NCBI GenBank assembly: GCA_964419815.1
Contig: CAYQRP010000001.1
Span: forward strand, 7,141 to 40,679
DNA: 33,539 nt
From: an uncultured Luteolibacter sp.
GTDB taxonomy: Bacteria > Verrucomicrobiota > Verrucomicrobiia > Verrucomicrobiales > Akkermansiaceae
Direction of reading: 5' to 3'
A model generated the notes under the pieces. The model ran no database searches and was not told where the DNA came from. It was given only the letters and a program-made list of their open reading frames with translations. A program made the position numbers and the translations under genes. Positions 16,590 to 24,108 of this stretch are shown piece after piece (position 1 is the stretch's first letter; each line of letters begins with the position of its first letter).

Positions 16590-19500
16590 ATGCACCGCGT
16601 TTTTGTCGAAAAATTTCCTCCCCACGATATCGAGGCCCGCCACCTGCTCGCCGATCTCAAGGAGTCGCTCACACTCCCCGGCCTCGAATCCCTGCGCGTC
16701 ATCCAACGCTATGAAATCGACGGCATCGGCGTGGAGGTCATTGACGACGTCACCCGACTCATTCTGTCCGAACCGCAAGTCGATCGCACCAGTAGCTCGC
16801 TGGAAATTTCCGATGATGAAATCGCCTTCGCGATCGAATACCTGCCGGGGCAGTTCGATCAGCGCGCCGACTCAGCAGCCCAGTGCATCCAGATCCTCAC
16901 CGGTGGCTCACGACCAACGGTTTCATCCGCGAAAGTGATCGTTCTGCGCGGCAATGTCACTCCATCGGAAATCAATTCGATCAAGGCTTACGCGATCAAC
17001 CCGGTGGATTCCCACGAAGTGCCCGTGACAGGATCCGGCGATCGCCACCAGCCGAACGCGCCCGCCGATGTCGCGGTTTTGAACGGATTCAACAGCAGCG
17101 ATCCTGCCGAACTTCGCAAGCAGCTCGGACTCGCGATGTCCGCCGAGGATGTGGCATTTTGCCAAAACTATTTTCTCAATCAGGAAAAACGCGAACCAAG
17201 CATCACTGAAATCCGCGTGCTCGACACCTATTGGTCTGACCATTGCCGCCATACGACATTCCTCACCGAAATCACCGATGTCGTTTTTGATGATGCAAAC
17301 GGACCTGTCCAACGCGCATGGCAAACTTATCTTGCAACACGCAAAAAACTCGGACGCGACAGCAAGCCGATCACGCTGATGGACATTGCGCTCACGGGCA
17401 TGCGCGAACTCCGCGCCTCCGGCGAACTCGACAACCTCGAAGAATCCGACGAAGTCAACGCGGCCTCAATCGTGGTGCCCATCACGATCAAGAACCATGA
17501 ATCGAACAAAACGATCACCGAAGAGTGGCTCGTGATGTTCAAAAACGAAACTCACAACCATCCGACCGAGATCGAACCTTTCGGCGGTGCCGCCACCTGC
17601 CTTGGTGGTTGCATTCGCGATCCGCTCTCGGGTCGTTCGTATGTGTATCAAGCCATGCGCGTCACCGGTGCCGGCAACCCCCTCACGCCATTTTCAGAAA
17701 CACTTCCCGGAAAATTGCCTCAACGAAAAATCTGCCGCACCGCCGCGCACGGATACTCTTCCTATGGCAACCAGATCGGCCTCGCCACCGGCGAAGTCGC
17801 CGAAGTCTACCATCCCGGCTATGTCGCCAAACGTCTCGAGATCGGCGCGGTCGTCGCCGCCGCTCCGCGCTCGCAGGTCTTTCGCGGCAAACCCGCCACC
17901 GGCGATGCGATTCTTCTGATCGGTGGACGGACCGGACGCGATGGCGTGGGCGGTGCCACCGGATCGTCCAAGGAACACACCGACACCGCACTGGAAAATT
18001 CCGCCGAGGTCCAAAAGGGCGACGCGCCAACCGAACGCAAAATTCAACGCCTCTTCCGCAACCCCGTACTCACGAAAAAAATCAAAGTCTGCAACGACTT
18101 CGGTGCCGGCGGAGTATCGGTCGCCATCGGCGAAATCGCCCCCTCACTCCGCATCAACCTCGATGCTGTTCCTAAAAAATACGACGGACTCGATGGCACA
18201 GAGCTTGCGATTTCCGAATCGCAGGAACGCATGGCGGTCTGCATCGATCCTGCAGACATCCCCTATTTTCTCGAAGAAGCCGATCGCGAAAACCTCGACT
18301 GCACGCAGGTTGCCGAGGTCACCGACGACGGCCGCCTTGTGATGCTCTGGCGCGACCAAAAAATCGTCGATCTCTCACGCGAATTTCTCGACACCAACGG
18401 CGCCAGCCAATCGGCGACGGTGCGCGTATCCGGATTTACGAATCCACAAGTTCAGATCGCAGACATCAAACAAAAACCGTTAACCGAAATGCTGTCCGAC
18501 CTCGGCATCTGCTCGCGCAAGGGACTTGGCGGACGCTTCGATGCCTCGGTGGGCGCCGGCACGGTGCTTTGGCCTTTTGGCGGCAAGCATCAGCTGACTC
18601 CGCCCGATGCGATGGTTGCCAAGTTGCCTCTGCTTGAAGGCGACACCGATGCCTGCAGCTTCATGGCATGGGGTTTCGATCCCTACCTTTCCGAAAAATC
18701 TCCCTTCCACGGCGCGGTGCATGCGGTGACCGAATCGGTTTGCAAAGTCGTCGCCGCCGGTGGCCGCCTGCGCGACATCCGCCTCACCCTCCAGGAATAT
18801 TTTCCGAAACTTGGTAACGATCCAAAACGCTGGGGCATGCCCTTCGCTTCGCTGCTCGGTGCCTATCACGCACAACACTCGCTGCGACTCGCCGCGATCG
18901 GCGGCAAGGATTCGATGTCAGGATCCTTCAACGACCTCGATGTTCCACCAACTCTCGTTTCGTTCGCCCTCGCGCCCGGTCTTGCAAGCCACGCGCTGAG
19001 CCCCGAGTTCAAGGAAATCGGCTCCGACATTTCGTTGATCGAAATTCCCGTCGATGCCGAGGGCTTGCCTGATTTCGATTTGTTGAAATCAACCGCCGAA
19101 GCCCTTTACCAACTCAACACTGCAGGACATTTCCTCTCCATGCATTGCATCGGCCAGGCAGGCATCGCCGCCGCACTCGCCAAGATGTCCTTCGGCAATC
19201 GCATCGGCGCCGAGATCAACACCGGCCTCGATCTGTTTGCCCCGCGCAGTTTCGCTTTCCTCATCGAGCACAAAGCCGCTTCCAGCACCGCCATCCATGA
19301 GGCGATTCCCTCGCTCATCACAATCGGCAAAACGAGCTCCGATGCACAGCTCACGCTCAACGGCACCAAGCATCCAATCGAAAATCTTCAGGCCGCATGG
19401 ACCGGCACACTCGAGCCGGTCTACCCCAGCAAAGCCTCCGAAGACACGGTTTCCACGCCTGTCGATTTGCCTGCGTTCAAAGCAAGCAAATCCACCCGCT

Positions 19501-20315
19501 CGAAAAACCGCAGCGCCGCACCAAAGGTCATCATCCCCGCATTCCCCGGCACCAATTCGGAATACGATTCCGCCAAGTCATTTCGCGAAGCAGGTGGAAA
19601 TCCGGAGATTCTCGTCTTCCGCAACCTGAGCCAGCGACACATCAGCGAATCCCTCGACGCACTCGCTGCAAAAATTCGCGAAAGTCAGATCCTGATGTTT
19701 CCCGGCGGATTCAGTGCAGGCGACGAGCCCGACGGTTCCGCAAAATTCATCGCCACGATCATCCGCAGCCCGCAAGTCGCCGAGGCGATCATGGACCTCA
19801 TCCATCACCGCGACGGACTCATTCTCGGCATTTGCAACGGCTTCCAGGCACTGATCAAAACCGGCCTCGTTCCCTACGGCGAAATCCGCACACCATCATC
19901 CGATTCGCCGACTCTCGTCCACAACACCATCGGCCGCCACATTTCCCAGTATGTCGACACGCGTGTGGTTTCGAATCAATCGCCATGGCTTTCACTCAGC
20001 AATCCCGGCGATATCCACACCGTGCCAATTTCTCATGGCGAGGGCCGCTTTTTTGCCGACGATGCGACGATTCAACAACTCGCCGCAAACGGCCAGATTG
20101 CGACACAATACTGCGACGCCGAAGGCAAGCCATCGATGGATACGACCATCAATCCGAACGGTTCAGCCTTCGCCATCGAAGGCATCACGTCGCCCTGCGG
20201 CAGGGTCTTCGGAAAAATGGCCCACTCGGAACGTGCCGGAAGGCTTGTTGCCAAGAACATTCCGGGCAACAAGCATCAGCCGATCTTCAAAGCCGGCGTT
20301 TCCTACTTCGCTTGA
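16590..20315 (+). CDS. purL: Phosphoribosylformylglycinamidine synthase, single-chain form with fused glutaminase
   Basis: YWSDHCRH, KNETHNHPT, DFGAGG, SESQERM, GGKDSM. C-terminal glutaminase PGGFSAGD, GICNGFQ, MAHSER. Confidence 0.96.
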   Translation: MHRVFVEKFPPHDIEARHLLADLKESLTLPGLESLRVIQRYEIDGIGVEVIDDVTRLILSEPQVDRTSSSLEISDDEIAFAIEYLPGQFDQRADSAAQCIQILTGGSRPTVSSAKVIVLRGNVTPSEINSIKAYAINPVDSHEVPVTGSGDRHQPNAPADVAVLNGFNSSDPAELRKQLGLAMSAEDVAFCQNYFLNQEKREPSITEIRVLDTYWSDHCRHTTFLTEITDVVFDDANGPVQRAWQTYLATRKKLGRDSKPITLMDIALTGMRELRASGELDNLEESDEVNAASIVVPITIKNHESNKTITEEWLVMFKNETHNHPTEIEPFGGAATCLGGCIRDPLSGRSYVYQAMRVTGAGNPLTPFSETLPGKLPQRKICRTAAHGYSSYGNQIGLATGEVAEVYHPGYVAKRLEIGAVVAAAPRSQVFRGKPATGDAILLIGGRTGRDGVGGATGSSKEHTDTALENSAEVQKGDAPTERKIQRLFRNPVLTKKIKVCNDFGAGGVSVAIGEIAPSLRINLDAVPKKYDGLDGTELAISESQERMAVCIDPADIPYFLEEADRENLDCTQVAEVTDDGRLVMLWRDQKIVDLSREFLDTNGASQSATVRVSGFTNPQVQIADIKQKPLTEMLSDLGICSRKGLGGRFDASVGAGTVLWPFGGKHQLTPPDAMVAKLPLLEGDTDACSFMAWGFDPYLSEKSPFHGAVHAVTESVCKVVAAGGRLRDIRLTLQEYFPKLGNDPKRWGMPFASLLGAYHAQHSLRLAAIGGKDSMSGSFNDLDVPPTLVSFALAPGLASHALSPEFKEIGSDISLIEIPVDAEGLPDFDLLKSTAEALYQLNTAGHFLSMHCIGQAGIAAALAKMSFGNRIGAEINTGLDLFAPRSFAFLIEHKAASSTAIHEAIPSLITIGKTSSDAQLTLNGTKHPIENLQAAWTGTLEPVYPSKASEDTVSTPVDLPAFKASKSTRSKNRSAAPKVIIPAFPGTNSEYDSAKSFREAGGNPEILVFRNLSQRHISESLDALAAKIRESQILMFPGGFSAGDEPDGSAKFIATIIRSPQVAEAIMDLIHHRDGLILGICNGFQALIKTGLVPYGEIRTPSSDSPTLVHNTIGRHISQYVDTRVVSNQSPWLSLSNPGDIHTVPISHGEGRFFADDATIQQLAANGQIATQYCDAEGKPSMDTTINPNGSAFAIEGITSPCGRVFGKMAHSERAGRLVAKNIPGNKHQPIFKAGVSYFA

Positions 20316-20600
20316 TCAGTCGACGAGATTGTCGATGCGTTGCGCCAGCTCGATGTCGAGCTGAGTCACGCCACCGGCATCATGACTGGTCAGTGACAAA
20401 CTCACCCGCGTGTGGCGGATGTTGATGTCGGGATGGTGCTGAGCCTCCTCGGCAATTTCAGCGAGGTCGTTCACGAAATCGATCGCGTCGTTGAATTCTT
20501 CGAACTCAATGGTTCGCGTGATGGCCTTCTTTTCAAGTTCCCACTCGGGGCATTTCTTGAGGGCGCTCGACAGTTCTTCGTCTTCTAGGAGTTCGGACAT
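20316..20600 (-). CDS. Pterin-4-alpha-carbinolamine dehydratase (PhhB/PCD family)
   Basis: AEEAQHHPDI, LTSHDAGGVTQLDIELA. Likely start ATG 20600. Confidence 0.93.
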   Translation of the reverse strand: MSELLEDEELSSALKKCPEWELEKKAITRTIEFEEFNDAIDFVNDLAEIAEEAQHHPDINIRHTRVSLSLTSHDAGGVTQLDIELAQRIDNLVD

Positions 20601-20796
20601 GTTTGAATGAGGAAAGTGTTTCCGCGCAGAGATTGCGTTTGCCCCTTCGCCGTTGGCAAGCCGTTTCAATGCAAAAAATTTGAGCAAATTTTCATTGGCA
20701 AAAACATGAATCTCGGTCGCTTCGGATTAACTTCCCGCCGATTGGCTTGCAATCCGCAAATCAAATGACAATGTGGGAGTTGATACCAACAAAACC

Positions 20797-21471
20797 ATGA
20801 ACCGAAAACACATCCATTGCCTCGTTGCCGCCGTCGCTGCCGCATTGTTCATTCCATCGTGCACGAGTTCCGGAATCGGCGGACTCGCCGCATATCACGC
20901 TTACGATCGTCCGGCAAAACTTCCGAAAAATCCAAACCATGTAAGCGTCAAAGTTTCGCTCAGCAAACAACGCGCGTATGTGATGGAAGGCTCCGACTGT
21001 CTCCTCGCCATGCCCATCTCGGTTGGCGCACCGGGCAGCCCCACACCCAAAGGCAATTTCCGGATTTTCAATAAAATCGAAAAGAAACGCGCCAACACCC
21101 ACGGCTACGCACACAGCGGTGGCAGCATCAGGCAAACGATGCTCAGCAAGAAACCTGCAGGTTGGTCCTTCAAAGGCACTCCGATGCCTTACTGGTGCGA
21201 ATTCAAACCCAACTACGGATTTCATACCGGTTGGATCAAACATCATCCCTGCACCCACGGCTGCATCCGCATGCATGAAAACCTTTCACCGAAATTCTTC
21301 CGACTCGTGAAGGTCGGCACACCGGTCAACATCGCTTACTCCCAGCCCGAGGATGCGACACACGGCAACATTCCGCTGCCACCCGACTCAGGACCGCTTC
21401 CCGACTATGCGGGAACCATGTATCTCGGCGACGGCTACTTCACCCGACACAAAACGCCGACCTTCGAATAA
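20797..21471 (+). CDS. L,D-transpeptidase family lipoprotein
   Basis: Lipobox-like LFIPS-C, VSLSKQR, TPKGNFRI, PMPYW, GFHTG...THGCIRM. Confidence 0.9.
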   Translation: MNRKHIHCLVAAVAAALFIPSCTSSGIGGLAAYHAYDRPAKLPKNPNHVSVKVSLSKQRAYVMEGSDCLLAMPISVGAPGSPTPKGNFRIFNKIEKKRANTHGYAHSGGSIRQTMLSKKPAGWSFKGTPMPYWCEFKPNYGFHTGWIKHHPCTHGCIRMHENLSPKFFRLVKVGTPVNIAYSQPEDATHGNIPLPPDSGPLPDYAGTMYLGDGYFTRHKTPTFE

Positions 21472-21483
21472 CAAAGCACCGAC

Positions 21484-21867
21484 TCACAAGGCCCTGCCAT
21501 TCGGCGGGGCCTTTTTCTTGCTCTCATCGGCCGACTTCCTTGCCGCCAACACATACTCGAGCAACAGAGATTCGTCGGCACGGGTCAGCCCCGCACTCCA
21601 ACACATTCCGGGCATGACCATCCGCCAGTCAGCCACCTTGAGGTCTTCCGGCTTCACCAGTTCGTGGCACTGACCGCACTGGGTGAGATAAATCCCATGC
21701 CCGCGCTCCAGACGCCCGATCGGAACTCCGCTGACCCGCGCCATCTCCTGCATATCATGCGAAGCCCGTTTGGAAAGCGACAGGCAGGCACTGGTCCCGA
21801 GCAGCAGGTAGGCGAATCCCGATCCCAAGAGCCAGCGACGAGAGGCAAATTTCACGGCAAATTTCAT
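21484..21867 (-). CDS. Small monoheme c-type cytochrome, probable lipoprotein
   Basis: Signal region ending GTSA-C, heme motif CGQCH, candidate distal Met in WRMVMPGM. Confidence 0.75.
   Translation of the reverse strand: MKFAVKFASRRWLLGSGFAYLLLGTSACLSLSKRASHDMQEMARVSGVPIGRLERGHGIYLTQCGQCHELVKPEDLKVADWRMVMPGMCWSAGLTRADESLLLEYVLAARKSADESKKKAPPNGRAL
21488..21519 (+). terminator. Rho-independent terminator of the LDT gene, embedded in the convergent CDS
   Basis: AAGGCCCTGCC-ATTC-GGCGGGGCCTT followed by TTTCTT. Confidence 0.75.
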
Positions 21868-21988
21868 CAAAGCATTCTGTATCCGTCCCTGCTCGACATG
21901 TCAAAGTCTTCCAAGCCGCCACCAGGGACAAATTTCGGGTGTTGTCAGATCAAACCCTAAGCCTTACTAGTGGGTTGGCTGAGCAACC

Positions 21989-22828
21989 ATGTGGAAATTT
22001 CTCATATCGCACTGGCGCGACGGCGTTGAGATCCTTCTCCTCGCGGCCTGCATCTATCAGGTTTACCGAACCTTCCGCGCAACCCGTGGAGCGCAAATCC
22101 TCGTGGGGTTGATCACGATTTTGGTTTTCCTCACGCTTGTCTCCGCCCTTTTCAAATTCGAGGTGATCCAATGGATCATCACCCGCGCCGCTGCGGTATT
22201 GGCATTCGCGCTGATCGTGATTTTCCAACCCGAACTTCGCAACGGGCTTGCACGGCTTGGCAGCAATCGCCTCTTCTCATTTTACAGCAAACGCCAACTC
22301 GATTTCCTCGAACGCTTCGCCGACGCAGTCGTCCACCTTTCCAAAAAACGCATCGGCGCGCTCTTTGCCATTCAACGCGACATCAGCCTCAAGGAGCAAC
22401 TCGATACGGGCGTGATGCTCGACGCACGATTCTCACCCGAGCTTGCCATGGCGGTCTTCCATCCGAAGGCTCCGCTTCACGATGGCGGCATGATCATTGC
22501 CGAAGACCGCGTCGCGGGCGCTGCCTGCGTTTTTCCCGTCACCGAACGCGAAATGCAGGATCGCTCGACAGGTCTTCGCCACCGCGCAGCCATCGGCCTC
22601 ACCGAACGCACCGATGCGGTTGCGGTCGTCGTGAGCGAGGAAACCGGCGGCATTTCGATCTGCGAAAACGGCATCCTGCTGCGCAACCTCAGCGAAAAAG
22701 TGTTTCGCGAAAAACTCGCCGAGATCTTCTTCTCCAGCACTCCTTCCCATGAACCTGAACCTGGCCAACAACTGGATCGCCAAGATCCTCTCGCTGCTTC
22801 TGGCGATCGCGATCTGGTTTCTCGTTAA
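21989..22828 (+). CDS. cdaA: Diadenylate cyclase CdaA/DacA
   Basis: Three N-terminal TM helices, IFQPELR, IGAL, LHDGG (DGA-type motif), GLRHRAA, VVSEETG. Confidence 0.95.
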   Translation: MWKFLISHWRDGVEILLLAACIYQVYRTFRATRGAQILVGLITILVFLTLVSALFKFEVIQWIITRAAAVLAFALIVIFQPELRNGLARLGSNRLFSFYSKRQLDFLERFADAVVHLSKKRIGALFAIQRDISLKEQLDTGVMLDARFSPELAMAVFHPKAPLHDGGMIIAEDRVAGAACVFPVTEREMQDRSTGLRHRAAIGLTERTDAVAVVVSEETGGISICENGILLRNLSEKVFREKLAEIFFSSTPSHEPEPGQQLDRQDPLAASGDRDLVSR

Positions 22829-22898
22829 GTACGACCTCGCCGGTGGCGGTCGACTCTTCGAAAAACCCCCGCGCGCCCTCGTCGTCCCGGAAAATTGA
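22749..22898 (+). CDS. 49-aa membrane peptide resembling the CdaR/YbbR N-terminal anchor (mini-CdaR); not in the ORF track
   Basis: Manual translation MNLNLANNWIAKILSLLLAIAIWFLVKYDLAGGGRLFEKPPRALVVPEN*. Overlaps the cdaA 3' end, in the canonical cdaR position. Confidence 0.75.
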   Translation: MNLNLANNWIAKILSLLLAIAIWFLVKYDLAGGGRLFEKPPRALVVPEN

Positions 22899-22939
22899 TC
22901 CGGGATGGACATCCGCCACGCATGTTTCATGCTCCGACC

Positions 22940-24028
22940 ATGCCGACCGTCCATGTCGATCTCGCCGAACGCTCCTACGACATCCATGTCGCCAAGGGCT
23001 CGATCCGTGATGTCGGAAACCTGATCAAACTCGCAGGTCTGGCCAATCGCCGTGCGGCGCTCATTACCGACGAAGCGGTCAAAAAATTTCACATGGCCCC
23101 ACTGCTTGCCGGCCTTGATGCCGCAGGCATTTCCCACACGCAGCACACGGTTCCCGCCGGCGAAGCTTCGAAGTCGATGCCGGTGGCCGAAACACTCTGC
23201 CGCGAAATGATCCGCGCCGGCCATGACCGCAAATCATTCGTCATCGCACTCGGCGGTGGTGTGATCGGCGACCTCGCAGGCTTTGTCGCGTCGATCTTTT
23301 TTCGTGGAATCCCCTTCATCCAAATTCCCACCACCATTGTCTCGCAAGTCGACTCTTCGGTTGGCGGCAAAACTGGCGTCAATGTCGACGAAGGCAAAAA
23401 TCTCATCGGTTGCTTTCACCAACCGCGCATGGTGATCATCGATCCCGACACACTCGCCACACTTCCCGATCGCGAGTTTCATCAAGGCTTCGCCGAAATG
23501 ATCAAGCACGGCGCGATCCGCGATGCAAAGATGCTCAATGAGCTTGCTGCCCTTGATCCGCAAAGCCGCGAGATCCCTGCCGATCTCATCGCTCGCAATG
23601 TTGCGATCAAGGCACGCATCGTCGAGAGCGACGAACACGAAACCAACGGCACTCGCGCGCTGCTCAACTTCGGCCACACCATCGGCCACGGCATCGAGGC
23701 CGCAGTTCCATACGGCTCACTGCTTCACGGCGAAGCGATCTCGCTCGGCATCCGCGCCGCGCTGCTCGTCTCGCAAAAACACGCAGGGCTCAGCACCGAC
23801 GAATCCGCCGAAATCCTCGACCTTCTCAAACGCTTCTCGCTCCCGCTGGTCCTCCCCGACACGATCGCTACCGACACGGTGATGGAAAAATTGTCACACG
23901 ATAAAAAGTTCTCGGCCGGCGGCATCCGCTTCGTGGTGATTTCCACTCTCGGCAATGCCAAAGTCGTCGATACCGTCACGCCCGACGATCTGCGCGAGGC
24001 GATCGATCACCTCCGATCCGCCCCCTGA
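22940..24028 (+). CDS. aroB: 3-dehydroquinate synthase
   Basis: GEASKS, LGGGVIGD, PTTIVSQVDSSVGGKTGVN, EMIKHG, LNFGHTIGH, HGEAI. Confidence 0.97.
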   Translation: MPTVHVDLAERSYDIHVAKGSIRDVGNLIKLAGLANRRAALITDEAVKKFHMAPLLAGLDAAGISHTQHTVPAGEASKSMPVAETLCREMIRAGHDRKSFVIALGGGVIGDLAGFVASIFFRGIPFIQIPTTIVSQVDSSVGGKTGVNVDEGKNLIGCFHQPRMVIIDPDTLATLPDREFHQGFAEMIKHGAIRDAKMLNELAALDPQSREIPADLIARNVAIKARIVESDEHETNGTRALLNFGHTIGHGIEAAVPYGSLLHGEAISLGIRAALLVSQKHAGLSTDESAEILDLLKRFSLPLVLPDTIATDTVMEKLSHDKKFSAGGIRFVVISTLGNAKVVDTVTPDDLREAIDHLRSAP

Positions 24029-24108
24029 GCCTGCGCATTTCACAAAATCCATGGCATAAACACGGCTTTTCCGATAATTTTTCCGCACAAATCCGATACA
24101 CCCAAGCC

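Noticed and set aside
20601-20796. Possible riboswitch or sRNA (e.g. c-di-AMP-responsive) in the largest intergenic gap
   Set aside because: No recognisable conserved riboswitch motifs; the space is accounted for by divergent promoters.
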